From NCBI GenBank assembly GCA_963815195.1, contig CAWFGE010000021.1, forward strand, positions 212,609 through 276,608: a stretch of DNA of 64,000 nt, written 5' to 3'. Source of the stretch: an uncultured Planctomycetaceae bacterium (GTDB lineage Bacteria > Planctomycetota > Planctomycetia > Planctomycetales > Planctomycetaceae). Each line of letters starts with the position of its first letter. The stretch's first letter is position 1. Positions 1 to 9,976 of this stretch are shown here, in pieces. A program made the translations under genes and the position numbers. Below the pieces are notes generated by a model. The model ran no database searches and was not told where the DNA came from. It saw only the letters and a list, made by a program, of their open reading frames with translations.

Positions 1-1380
1 CGGGCCGAGGCGGATTGTGGAGCCGAAGGCCTCGAGCATGGTATTGTAAACGTCAAGGCCTTCGGCACCGACATCCATGATCTGGCCGGTCTTGAAGCGG
101 CCGTTCGCACTGGAAATGCAGTGGAACACGCCGGACAGTTCGCGCTTGACGTCGTTATGCCGGCCATCTCCCGATTCGGTCGAGATGGTGATCAGCGAGT
201 TTTCGAGGATGGTGCGGCCGTTGGGTTCCTTGCACTCGACCGTGTCCAAAGCCTTCAGGAAATAGGCGATCTCGCGCATTTTCATGTGAGCGTGCGCCCG
301 CAGCGCCTCGTTCTTTTGCTTCTCGTTGAACTTGTGCCACCACTCGTGGCTGCAACCTTTGTCGCCGCTGGCGTTGTGCTGTTTGGCATCGTCGAATCGC
401 CAGCGTTTTTCGCCGTGATAACTGTAATCACCGGTCAAGCGGATGCGTTCGCCGGCCGCCAGGAAGGTCAGCGACCCAAAACGCACGCGGTCCATTTGGA
501 CCGCGAGCGCATAGATGTCGGTGAGCAACCGCCACTCGGTCGAGAGTTCTTCCAGCGTGATGTCGATGCCTTGGCCGCCCGGATCGGCCGGACCGCCGTG
601 CGGGATGGCCGAGCGCGGCGGCAGCTTCGGCCCCTCGGTATTCTTGTGCTTCATCGCCAAAGCGCGCTGTTCGAACTCACGGATGCGGTCGAGGTGATCG
701 GCCACGCGGGCTTTGGACGCGCTGCCCAGCGGCGAGTTGGGACCGGTGTAGAAGCGGTAGTCCTCGACCACCGTATCCAAGACGCTATGCCGCAGCCGCT
801 GGTTCAGATCTCCCTTGGCGACGGCGACGCCTCCGAAGACGCGCTCGAACAGATCGCGCGGCTTCTCCTGAATCGTGGCGGCCACCGTGCCGTCCAAGTT
901 GTAGCTGTGCACGTACCGTCCCACCCGGCTGCGGCGAAAGAATGTCCCGCCGATCAAAGTCGGCACCATGCCTTGGGGCAGTCCCTGAGGATAACAGGTC
1001 TTGCGGATGACCTGATCGATCGACGGCCCGCCGGATTTGGCTTCGCCGTCGGGCGGTTCCGCGGTGAAGGCCCCGGACGCCCCGTCATAGTGCGCGTTGA
1101 TGCCTTTTTCGTCGCAGCGGACCTGATCGACGTTCCGCATGATGAGCAGCTTCTTGCTCAGCGGTTCGAGCGGTTCCAACACGCCTTTAAAGCCTTCCTT
1201 TTGCAAGGGGGCGGGAATTCCCAGCCCGAAGAAGACGTTAAACGCCCGCACGGGACTCTCCGGCTGAGGAGCCGCAAGTAGGCGGGATGAAAGCATCTCT
1301 TCGAGCAGCGGCAATCCGATGGTGGCGGTTCCCAGGCTCTTGAGCATTGTCCGGCGGCTAATGGGTGTGTGAGGCATCAT
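1..1380 (-). CDS. DUF1552 domain-containing protein (partial, runs off left edge)
   Basis: Manual translation from ATG at 1380: MMPHTPISRRTMLKSLGTATIGLPLLEEM..., the typical DUF1552 twin-Arg N-terminus. It lies directly downstream of a DUF1592-family gene. It is absent from the ORF track because there is no stop in the window. Confidence 0.85.
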   Translation of the reverse strand, partial: MMPHTPISRRTMLKSLGTATIGLPLLEEMLSSRLLAAPQPESPVRAFNVFFGLGIPAPLQKEGFKGVLEPLEPLSKKLLIMRNVDQVRCDEKGINAHYDGASGAFTAEPPDGEAKSGGPSIDQVIRKTCYPQGLPQGMVPTLIGGTFFRRSRVGRYVHSYNLDGTVAATIQEKPRDLFERVFGGVAVAKGDLNQRLRHSVLDTVVEDYRFYTGPNSPLGSASKARVADHLDRIREFEQRALAMKHKNTEGPKLPPRSAIPHGGPADPGGQGIDITLEELSTEWRLLTDIYALAVQMDRVRFGSLTFLAAGERIRLTGDYSYHGEKRWRFDDAKQHNASGDKGCSHEWWHKFNEKQKNEALRAHAHMKMREIAYFLKALDTVECKEPNGRTILENSLITISTESGDGRHNDVKRELSGVFHCISSANGRFKTGQIMDVGAEGLDVYNTMLEAFGSTIRLGP

Positions 1381-1473
1381 GATTCTCCATTGGTGTTTGG
1401 CAAGGGGCAATGGAACAAAAGCCGGCGAACCGGCTGCGATTTACAACGGGTTTGAAAACGGACCGTCGCAAAC

Positions 1474-1665
1474 GTGAGGGGTACGGGGCTAGCCGCCGGG
1501 CTTGACGTTGACAACACCACGTCATCGACGCCGGAGGCTAGCGCGTACCGCTCACATTTTCAAGCCGGAGGCTAGCGCCTACCGCTCACTTTTTCAAGCC
1601 GGAGGCTAGCGCCTACCGCTCACTTTTTCAAGCCGGAGGCTAGCGCCTACCGCTCACATTTTCAA
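1474..1665. repeat. REP-like palindrome whose right arm is expanded into 4 tandem 34-bp copies
   Basis: Unit gccggaggctagcgc(c/g)taccgctcac(a/t)ttttcaa starts at 1530, 1564, 1598 and 1632. Left arm gctagccgccgg at ~1488. Related arms occur at 12120-12262 and 29947-30045. Confidence 0.9.
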
Positions 1666-1684
1666 GTTCTTAGACTTACAAGCG

Positions 1685-4600
1685 TCAGTTCTGTGTTCGC
1701 GCCTTCTGCACGAGATCGCTCATCACGATCGCCGTGATTAAGGCGGGATAGCTTCCCCGCTGTTCGAGGGCCGTTTTATGGATCCGCTCGACCTCCGCGG
1801 CGTCGGCGGCGCCCAGCGGTCGTCCGAGGGCAAATTGCGTGAGCTTCCAGGTGAGCGTCTCTTGGACCCGATCGCTTTTCGCCAACAGGTCCATCAACTC
1901 GGAGCATGTCTTGTACTTTATGGTCTTGGCGGTTCCCGGGAACAGAATTTCCCCATCGGCCCGCAGCCGATTCCCGAACTCGTCCTTCGCATGAAATGCT
2001 CCGAGTCCATCGAACTGCTCCAAACCGAAGGCGAGCGGTTCGAACTTCTGATGGCAGCTGCCGCACGCCATGTTGGCGATGCGTTGCTCGGCGATGTCCC
2101 GCAGCGTCATGCCCGGCTTGGCGGGGACGGGCGTCGTATCGACTCCCGGCGGCGGGGCCCCGATCACGCCCCGCAGAACATCTTTCAGCACAAACAGCCC
2201 GCGCGTGACCATCGACGCATCGTCGCCGCCAATCGTCAGCACGCTCCCCTGGGTCAAGAGACCGCCGCGGGAAGCGACTTTCGAGAGGTCGTACCGCTGG
2301 AGTCCGTCGCCCTTGGGCTTTAGGCCGTAATGCCGGGCCAATCGCGGCGTGGCGTAGGTGAACTGGGCGTTGAACAAATCGCGGAGCGGCCGGTTTTCCT
2401 TCCAGGCCACCTCCTCGAAAAAGGCCAGCGTCTCGTCGCGCATGTCGCGCCCCAACGCCTGTTCCCAATTCGGATAGCGTTTCGCGTTCGGCTGCATATT
2501 GCCCAGCCGGTCGAGATTGAGCCAATCCGAGACGAACTGTTTTGAACGCAACACCGCCCGCGGATCCTTGAGCATCCGCTGGATCTCCGCGCGGCATTGG
2601 TCGCGGTTGGAAAGCCGGCCTTCGCGCGCCGCTTGGAACAGTTCCACATCCGGCGGGCCGCCCCAGAGAATATAACTCATCCGCGAGGCGAGTTCATAGT
2701 CGCCCACGCGCCGTTCGCCGCCGGGGCCGCGCTGCCGTTCGATGCGGTAGATAAATCGCGGCGATTGGAGCATCGCTTCCACCATCAGCGAAACGCCTTG
2801 CTCATAACTCCCGCCGGCACTCGCGACCGCTGTGAGGATGCCGCTGAAGTTGGTGACTTCGCGGTCGTCGAGCGGCCCGCGGAGCAGCCATTCGCCCGCA
2901 GCGGCGACGAATTTTCGCGCGGTGGCATCGGTATTCAGGCTCCGCGACTTCGAGAACCGGCCGGCGAACTTCAGCACATCCATCCGCGCGGCGATTAACT
3001 GAGCCAACTGCGAATAGGCTTCGACATGCTTCAGATCGACGTTCAAATTGTAGGCGGTGTTGCTGAATCCATCGGCTCTGAGGTCCGGAGGCAACAACTC
3101 GCGGGCCTCGTTGGCAATGTTGACGCCAACGGCGCTCCGGACCGTTTCGATGTACTCATCCACGGTCAGCCGCTGCACCCAAGCCTCACTCGCGCCGGGA
3201 CTGCTTCTGTAAACCGCCGGGTCGATAAGTTCGACGGACCAAACCGCCCCTTCGTCGATCCACTGTTTCAGCAGTCCCTTTTCGGCTGAAGACAGTGACG
3301 GGCCCTTGGGCGGCATTTCGCCGGAGGCCACGCGTTCCCAGAGCAGGCTGCCCTCCGATTTGCCGGGGACGATCACCTTGCCGCTCTCGCCGCCGGCGAA
3401 CGCGGCTTCTTTTTGCGACAAATCGAGACCGCCTTTTTTGAGGGTCGGGTCGTGGCATTCGAGGCAATTGCGGGCGATCACCGGGGCCACTTGGGTGGCA
3501 AACGTTCGCGCGGCTTGCGCGTGGGCGAGTCTCTCGGCGGCGTGCGGATCCATTCCGGCCCGCGGCCCCGCGCGAAAGTTCTGGATCACTTCCTCCGAAT
3601 CGAGCGCTCGGTGATAAATCGCGACGAGATGAATTTCCCCCAGCCAGGGCCGATCCGATGTTCTCTCGTTGGCCAGCACCAGCGGAAAGCCGCCGTCCCA
3701 GTTGGAAAGGTTTCCCGCAACCTTCTTGGCGGCGCGCTGTTTTCCGTCCAGGTACACCCGCGCGTCGCCGGCTTTGTCCCGCGTGTAAACGATGTGGGTC
3801 AGCCGGGAAGCTGCGGTGCGGGCTCCGCTGTCGGTTTCGGGAATCCCGTTTTCACTGGTGGCCGTGGTGCGGAAGCGAATGTGATAGTGATCGCGTTCCT
3901 GCCCCAACGTGAAGTTGCGGAAACCGGAATCGTTCGAAAGCGAAACGATGCGGGCGGGGCCGTTCTGCGAATCGTTCGCCGGCGTGACCCAGGCTTCGAT
4001 CGTCGCCGCCCCCGATTGCTTGAGAGCATCGACAATCTTCCGGGCCGCTGCGACCGATTGAATCTTCGTCGCCGACCGCACCACCAGAGAACGGTCGCCC
4101 CACTGGATGGCCGAAGGCTTTTCGATCTTCAAGTCGAGCGGTTCGCCTTGTCCCGAACGATCTTTGACGAGGTCCCCGCGGCCGGCTTCAAATGTGTAGA
4201 AGGCGGAGAGGCCCTGACTGACGCGCGGCGAAGTTGTGGGAGCATTCCGAACAAGCATCGGCGTCTCAGCGGGGCCGTCACGACCTGCGGCGAAGTTCCG
4301 CGTGACTTCGTTCGCCGAGAGAGCCCGGTCGTAAATCGCAACCAGATGCAATTCCCCAAGCCAGGGGCGATCGCCGGTGACTTCGTTGGCCAGCGACAGC
4401 CGGAAGTTCTTGTCCCATCCCGAAAGCCCGCCGGCGACCTTCTTGGATGTTTTGGGCTTGCCATCGATGAAAATCCGAACGCTGCCGTCGGGGCTGCGTG
4501 TGAAGACGACATGCGTCAGCGATGTGGCCGCCGATTGGTCCGGGGCGCTCGTGGAGGGGATTCCATTCGTGCTGGTCGAGGTCGTCCGCAGCCGCACATC

Positions 4601-5074
4601 GTACCGCCGGCCGTCTTGCCCCAGCGTGAAATTGCGTTGGTTGGGGTCGGCGGAAAGGGAAACAATCCGCGCGGGACCGTCCTGCGTTTCCCGCTCCGGC
4701 TTGATCCAGGCTTCGATGGTGAGCGCATTCGTCCGCCGGATGGCATCGATGATCTTCCGGGCCGGTCCCGTGGAATGGATAAGCGTCGACGAGCGAACTC
4801 TCAACCCCGCTTTCCGCCACTCGACGGCCGAAGTGTTTTCGATCTTCAAATCGAGCGCGCTGCCGACCCCCGACCGATCGCGGATGAGGTCGCCTTGGCC
4901 CTCGTCAAATGTGTAGAGCACTTGCAAACCGTCCGTGACCCGCCCCGCATCCGCCGCGCGTATTCCGGGAATGGAGGACATTGACAGGAGCATCAAGACC
5001 GAAAGGGACAGGCTTCGTCCGACCGTCCTCATTTTCCGATTCGAACTGCTCAAGGTGTGGAGTCGATCGATCAT
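1685..5074 (-). CDS. DUF1592/1588/1587/1595/1585 protein with two N-terminal LamG-like domains and planctomycete cytochrome c
   Basis: Two ~220-aa repeats (LYTFDEG...TIEAW...PARIVSLS...WLGE.HLVAIY.RAL), heme motifs CLECH and CGSCH, and the motifs RLTVDEY, LQSPRFIYR and YELASRMSY.LW. The start is uncertain (ORF open to 5104). Confidence 0.88.
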   Translation of the reverse strand: MIDRLHTLSSSNRKMRTVGRSLSLSVLMLLSMSSIPGIRAADAGRVTDGLQVLYTFDEGQGDLIRDRSGVGSALDLKIENTSAVEWRKAGLRVRSSTLIHSTGPARKIIDAIRRTNALTIEAWIKPERETQDGPARIVSLSADPNQRNFTLGQDGRRYDVRLRTTSTSTNGIPSTSAPDQSAATSLTHVVFTRSPDGSVRIFIDGKPKTSKKVAGGLSGWDKNFRLSLANEVTGDRPWLGELHLVAIYDRALSANEVTRNFAAGRDGPAETPMLVRNAPTTSPRVSQGLSAFYTFEAGRGDLVKDRSGQGEPLDLKIEKPSAIQWGDRSLVVRSATKIQSVAAARKIVDALKQSGAATIEAWVTPANDSQNGPARIVSLSNDSGFRNFTLGQERDHYHIRFRTTATSENGIPETDSGARTAASRLTHIVYTRDKAGDARVYLDGKQRAAKKVAGNLSNWDGGFPLVLANERTSDRPWLGEIHLVAIYHRALDSEEVIQNFRAGPRAGMDPHAAERLAHAQAARTFATQVAPVIARNCLECHDPTLKKGGLDLSQKEAAFAGGESGKVIVPGKSEGSLLWERVASGEMPPKGPSLSSAEKGLLKQWIDEGAVWSVELIDPAVYRSSPGASEAWVQRLTVDEYIETVRSAVGVNIANEARELLPPDLRADGFSNTAYNLNVDLKHVEAYSQLAQLIAARMDVLKFAGRFSKSRSLNTDATARKFVAAAGEWLLRGPLDDREVTNFSGILTAVASAGGSYEQGVSLMVEAMLQSPRFIYRIERQRGPGGERRVGDYELASRMSYILWGGPPDVELFQAAREGRLSNRDQCRAEIQRMLKDPRAVLRSKQFVSDWLNLDRLGNMQPNAKRYPNWEQALGRDMRDETLAFFEEVAWKENRPLRDLFNAQFTYATPRLARHYGLKPKGDGLQRYDLSKVASRGGLLTQGSVLTIGGDDASMVTRGLFVLKDVLRGVIGAPPPGVDTTPVPAKPGMTLRDIAEQRIANMACGSCHQKFEPLAFGLEQFDGLGAFHAKDEFGNRLRADGEILFPGTAKTIKYKTCSELMDLLAKSDRVQETLTWKLTQFALGRPLGAADAAEVERIHKTALEQRGSYPALITAIVMSDLVQKARTQN

Positions 5075-5136
5075 GTTTCGTTTCCCTGTCTTGGTTTCAA
5101 TCACACAAACGGCGGCCGGCGGATCTTGAGGAAGCT

Positions 5137-5811
5137 TTACACATCAGTCCAGAACCGCCGCAACCCGCGCTCGAGATGCTCACTCGCGAGACTCGCGGCC
5201 CGCGCCCCGTCGCCCGCGACCAACGCCTCCAGAATCGCCTGATGTTCGTCGCACGACTCCGCCATCCGCTCGGGCGTTTTTTGCGAAATCTGATAGATCA
5301 CCCGCCGGATCCTGTCGCTAAGACGCTGAAGCACCCGGGTGATTTCCTCGTTTCCGAAGAAGTCGAACAACATCCGATGAAACTCGGCATCGCATTCCAC
5401 CACATCGTCCACCTGCTGTTTTCGCGTTGCCTCGCGATACCGCGTTTGGTTCTCGCGCAGTTGGCGAATTTGATCCTTCGATAACCGGCCGGCCAGGCGA
5501 TTGAGGACAAATGGCTCGAGCGCCTGCCGGATTTGGTAATGATTGACGACGTCCTGGAGGGACATCTCCCGCACGATCACCCCGTGCTGCGGGGCGAGCG
5601 AGACCAGCCCATCGGCCTCCAGGCGTTCGATCGCGGCGTGCACGGGCGTCCGGCTCATCTTGAGTTGCACCGCCAGTTGCCGGACAGAAAGCACCGCGCC
5701 CGCGGTGAGTTCACCGGCCAGAATCAGCCGTTTCAGCTTCAGATACGCTTGTTGCTTCAAAGACGCATTGCTTGCCGGGACAAGCTTTGAAGTGGTTTGG
5801 GGCATTACCAT
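5137..5811 (-). CDS. GntR family transcriptional regulator (FCD C-terminal domain)
   Basis: wHTH LSVRQLAVQLKMSRTPVHAAIERLEADGLV and FCD motifs DAEFH and EHQAILEAL. The start is uncertain (ORF open to 5874). Confidence 0.92.
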   Translation of the reverse strand: MVMPQTTSKLVPASNASLKQQAYLKLKRLILAGELTAGAVLSVRQLAVQLKMSRTPVHAAIERLEADGLVSLAPQHGVIVREMSLQDVVNHYQIRQALEPFVLNRLAGRLSKDQIRQLRENQTRYREATRKQQVDDVVECDAEFHRMLFDFFGNEEITRVLQRLSDRIRRVIYQISQKTPERMAESCDEHQAILEALVAGDGARAASLASEHLERGLRRFWTDV

Positions 5812-6007
5812 GGGAAAGGTCCATTGGTCGTCATCGGGACAACGCGGCTTTGATTTAGGCAGCATAACTGGCATGCCAGCGGCGTGTCAACCGAGTGTCC
5901 GTGAATCGCAAACATGAACGAAAGCGCAACTGACAACAGAAATTGAAAGCGGCAAAGCGACCTCTTTTGCAAAACGAATGCGCGAATCGCCCGTGAGGAT
6001 CAATGAC

Positions 6008-6032
6008 CGGATCGGATCGGATCGGATCGGAT
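6008..6032. repeat. (CGGAT)x5 microsatellite
   Basis: Five perfect CGGAT units, intergenic upstream of the GntR gene. Confidence 0.9.
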
Positions 6033-6084
6033 CAAAAACATCCCACGGGCGTCGGCAAGCAGAAGGTCGGGGCCTGACCTATCG

Positions 6085-6348
6085 TCAGACGTGGCTTTCG
6101 ACGTCTTTGAGTTTGGGGGTGAGGTAATCGACGGTGCTGCTCATGCTGGCGAGATGGACGTAGTCTTCTTCGGGGATCTGGACGCGGTATTGTTTGCGCA
6201 ACTCCATCACGATGTCCAGAAAATCCATGCTGTCCAGTTCCATTTGCTCGCGGAACGGCTCTTGGTCTTCCAGGTTCGTCAGGTCTTCATCGGGGGCGAT
6301 GCGCTCTAAGATGTCGAGGATAACCTGCCTGATTTGTCCCGAATTCAT
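6085..6348 (-). CDS. acyl carrier protein
   Basis: 87-aa acidic protein with the phosphopantetheine motif ELDSMDFLDIV, next to a ketosynthase. Confidence 0.93.
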   Translation of the reverse strand: MNSGQIRQVILDILERIAPDEDLTNLEDQEPFREQMELDSMDFLDIVMELRKQYRVQIPEEDYVHLASMSSTVDYLTPKLKDVESHV

Positions 6349-6401
6349 TCAGTGGCTCCAGCGGATGGTTGCGTTGTGTCTCGGATCGGGTGGGTTTTAG
6401 G

Positions 6402-6455
6402 AGCCCGAAGCGCAAGCGAGGGATTTTCGTTTTTCCCTCGCTTGCGCCTCGGGCT
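6402..6455. repeat. REP-like palindrome (AGCCCGAAGCGCAAGCGAGGGA...TCCCTCGCTTGCGCCTCGGGCT)
   Basis: 22-bp near-perfect inverted repeat in an intergenic region. Confidence 0.85.
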
Positions 6456-6481
6456 GGTGTGTTTAGGTTTCGGATTGAGAA

Positions 6482-7736
6482 TCAATCCCCTTCGTATTTT
6501 TTGAGGATCACCACGGAGTTGATCCCTAGCATTCCGAACGAGTTGTTCAGAATGTAGCGGACCGGCCCGACTTCGCGGGGTTCGTTGGCGACGATGTTTC
6601 GGAGCGGACACTTGGGATCCAAGTGATTCAGATTGATTGTAGCGTGTGCGATCCCATCGTCAAACGAAGGCAGATTTCCCAAAAGCTCCAAAGCCCCGGC
6701 GGCGCCCATCGCGTGGCCGATGAAACTCTTGGTGTTGTTGACCACGGCTTTCGTGTCGTCGCCGAAGACTTCGTGGAGAGCCAAGGCCTCTTCCAAATCG
6801 CCCTGCTCGGTGGCGGTGGCGTGGCTGCTGACGATGTCGATTTCGCCCGGCTTCAAATTCGCCCGCCCGAGAGCCAGGCGGATGCACTCCGCCTGTCGGC
6901 CGTGGTGAGGCAGGACGAAATCGTGGGCGTCGGAATTCATCGCATAACCCACGATCTCTCCGTAAATCGTCGCGCCGCGGGCCAAGGCGTCGGGCAGGCG
7001 TTCCAGGGTGCACAGGGCGCCGCCCTCGGCCACGACGATGCCGTTGCGGTCCCGATCGAAAGGCCGGCAGGCTTGGGCGGGATCTTCGTGGCGGGCCAGG
7101 GCCCCCTGGCTTTGAAAGCTCGCAAAAATCCCGAAGGTGTGAATGCTCTCCGAAACACCCCCGGCGATCGCCAGATCGACCTCGCCCAAACGCAGCATTT
7201 GCGCGGCTTGAATGTAACCCGCATTCCCCGCGGCACACGCGGCCCCGATCGTCAAATGGGGGCCGGTGATTTTGAGGCTCAGCGTGATCTCGCCCGCCGG
7301 GTTGTTGGCGACGGTACGGGGGTTGTGGTGATGCGACCAGACTTTGGTGTCGTAGTCGAATTTCGAGATTTCGTAGATTTCGTTTTCGGTCTCGACGTTG
7401 CCGTGCTCGGTGATGCCCACATACACGCCCACGCGGTTTCGCGGGACGGTTTCCCAATCCAGCCCGGCGTGGCGGATGGCTTCGTTCGCGCAGTATACGC
7501 CGATGGACCCGGCCCGCGTGCCCCGGCGGACTTCCTTCCGCTTCTGATAACGAAGTTCATCGAAGTGGCAGACCCCGGCGAGCACCGGCCCCATGATAGC
7601 GGGTTTCGTACGGGATCACGCCGGACCGCCCCGAGAGCAAAGCCGCCCGGAACTCCGCGAGGTTATTCCCGTTGGGAGCCGTCAGACCGATGCCCGTGAG
7701 GACGATCCGGTCCCGATCAGATGGAGAAGTCTGCAT
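6482..7736 (-). CDS. beta-ketoacyl-ACP synthase (FabF/FabB-like), frameshift near 7595
   Basis: N-terminus RIVLTGIGLTAPNG in ORF 7557..7766. The rest, with catalytic C (AACAAG), H (SSHATAT), K/H (TKSFIGHAMGAAG) and NSFG, is in ORF 6482..7594. One extra base in TAT-C-ATG. Confidence 0.9.
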
Positions 7737-8092
7737 CCGTTCTACCGCACGCTCGCCGGACCGCAATGCCGCCCGGCGCGAAAAACGAGGAACTGCTTAT
7801 GAGGGTTGGACTTACGAAAAATGGTTCGGAATGAAGCCGGGAGCGCGAAACTGTGTATTTTAGGAGATTAACCTGTTCCCCACCGGCTCGCAAGCGGGGG
7901 CAAATTCCAATTTCCGGGTTTTCTCTGAAGTTCCGGTCCGAAAGGCTTCCCTTGCCCCGCGGTTTCCGGGGATGAATCCTCGAAAAATCCGGTCTTGCAT
8001 TAAAGTTTGGGTTTCGCATAATCCCCGCGTGCCTGGTCAGATTCTCCGCGGCGAAACCGCCGCGGCCCCATTGAAGCACGGAATGAGTCCGC

Positions 8093-8989
8093 ATGTGGTG
8101 CACGAAGTGTCAAGCGGAGGTGGCGGCGGAAATGGCTCCGGACAACCGCCGGCTGTTATGTGCGAGCTGCGGTTCGCCGGTTCGCACTGTGCCGCTTTCG
8201 CCCACGGAGGACAAAACCCGCCAGGCGCGGGAACTTCTGGAGCGCTGGTCCAAAACCCGCTGGTCCGAACCCGCCGCGGATCCGGCGGATTCCCTGCGGC
8301 TGAATTTCGCGCCCTCGCCGCAAATGTCGAATGAAGGCCCGGCGGCCCGGGTGCCGCCCGGCTCCACATTCCGCGTGGACGATCCCCACCCCGACCGCGG
8401 CACCGCGACCGACGCCGACACGCGGAAGGAAACTCGCCAGGCCGCGGAAGCACCAAAGCCGGCGGCTGCTCGGCAGGAATCTTACAGTCCGCCCCCGTCG
8501 CGGACGCACCATCCGCACGGCGTCTCGGCTCCGCCACCGCATTTTCCTGCCGAGCCTCCGCCCGCGATAGATTTTTCCGACGACATCCCCCGCAGCACGT
8601 CGTCCAAGCTGCAAGCGTTTTGGGGGCAGATGCTGGCCTACGCGGGCGTGTTGGCCCTCACCATCGGGGCGGTGTTCGTGCTCTTGGGATACTTCGGCGG
8701 CGCCCAATGGCAGTCCTACACGCCCACCGGCTGGCTGGTAACGACCATCGGCCAGATGCTGCTGTTTCTGGGCGTCGTGACGCTGGTTTCCGGGGGAATG
8801 GAGCAAACCACCGAAGAAGTCGCCCGGCGGATTGATCGGCTTGGCCAACGCATCATCCGCATCGAATGGGCCGCGGGAAACCATGTCCTCAAAGGCCCCA
8901 ATTTGCCCGCCGAGCAATTCCAGGCAAACGCCGACGGGCAAACCAGCGGCCAAACCGCCGGGCAGAGCGAAACTCAGAAAACGTCTTAA
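8093..8989 (+). CDS. hypothetical membrane protein with N-terminal zinc ribbon
   Basis: CxxC...CxxC at the N-terminus, a Pro-rich linker and two hydrophobic helices near the C-terminus. Confidence 0.75.
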   Translation: MWCTKCQAEVAAEMAPDNRRLLCASCGSPVRTVPLSPTEDKTRQARELLERWSKTRWSEPAADPADSLRLNFAPSPQMSNEGPAARVPPGSTFRVDDPHPDRGTATDADTRKETRQAAEAPKPAAARQESYSPPPSRTHHPHGVSAPPPHFPAEPPPAIDFSDDIPRSTSSKLQAFWGQMLAYAGVLALTIGAVFVLLGYFGGAQWQSYTPTGWLVTTIGQMLLFLGVVTLVSGGMEQTTEEVARRIDRLGQRIIRIEWAAGNHVLKGPNLPAEQFQANADGQTSGQTAGQSETQKTS

Positions 8990-9081
8990 GCAGAACCAGG
9001 GAAGCCGTCGGGGAAGTTTCTGGGGTTTTTGTGAGTGATCAGCCAGCTTGCGCTGGCCGTTCGCCTTGCTGGTTTTTCACG

Positions 9082-9579
9082 TCACGGGGCGATGAAGGCC
9101 AGGTAATAAAACAACAGGCCGGTGATCGAGGTCAGCGTGAGGTCGATCGTGGAAATCCAGCCCAGCGTCTTGTGAAGCCCGCTGTGCACTCCGGGAGCGG
9201 GCGGCTTGGGGAACCGCCGGAGGGCCAGAGCGATCGTGACCGCCCACAGAATCGGCGTCGTCACCGCAAAGCACAAATGCACGTAAAGCATGCTGCGGAT
9301 GCGGGCCATCTCCTCGGCCGATCGGCGCGGGGCGTCGGGGTTCTTGTTGACCACGTTTTCCCAGCCGCCGTGGACAAGTTGCACGTCCACCTCAAACGCC
9401 GCGACCGCAAACAACAACACGCCGGCGAGAGTCAATTGCAGAAATTTATGCCGGGGGTAGTTCTGCCGCTTTTTGACGAGAAATATGCTATAGATCAGGG
9501 CGGGCACGACCAGCACCAGCGCGCACACCACCACGTCCAGCATAAACGTCGTCTGATAGCCCAAAAATCCCTCGGCCAT
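9082..9579 (-). CDS. DUF420 family membrane protein
   Basis: Four TM helices with conserved His residues (RHKFLQL, YVHLCFA, HKTLGW). Confidence 0.8.
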   Translation of the reverse strand: MAEGFLGYQTTFMLDVVVCALVLVVPALIYSIFLVKKRQNYPRHKFLQLTLAGVLLFAVAAFEVDVQLVHGGWENVVNKNPDAPRRSAEEMARIRSMLYVHLCFAVTTPILWAVTIALALRRFPKPPAPGVHSGLHKTLGWISTIDLTLTSITGLLFYYLAFIAP

Positions 9580-9661
9580 GGTCGCTCCTTGTCAGAAATT
9601 CACCTGGAGAGACATTAGCAAAAGCGCCCGCGTTGTCCAGCGGCAAAGATCCCGCGGTGGG

Positions 9662-9821
9662 AAATCCGAAATCCGAAGCACGAAATCCGAAAAAAAATCC
9701 CAATCACTGAAATCCAAAGATCCAAACTTTGCGCGTCGGGTGTGGTAATGAATGGAGGGATTTGTTGGGATATTCGGATTTGGGATTTGTTTCGGATTTC
9801 GGATTTCGTCCTTCGGGTTTG
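9662..9821. repeat. inverted repeat built from AAATCCG-like heptamers
   Basis: aaatccgaaatccgaagcacgaaatccga... paired with ...tcggatttcggatttcgtccttcgggttt. A related copy lies at 23390-23510. Confidence 0.8.
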
Positions 9822-9976
9822 AGGTCTCGAAAGAAATCGCCAAGCGGGGTGGGGAATTGCCCCCGGTCTGATTGCTCCCCTGGGCCGGGTTTTGTAACCT
9901 GCAACTTCGCGTATAGAATTGATCTGACCTCCTCTCGCTGGAGAGAGTGACCGCTAACGGAGTACAAAAGCCCGAT

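Noticed and set aside
121..1281. 386-aa plus-strand ORF and similar long ORFs (3413..4984, 9704..11113, 15316..16488, 37170..38180)
   Set aside because: Antisense shadows of well-supported genes in high-GC DNA.
1530..1665. Possible CRISPR array (34-bp repeats)
   Set aside because: Head-to-tail tandem copies with no spacers.
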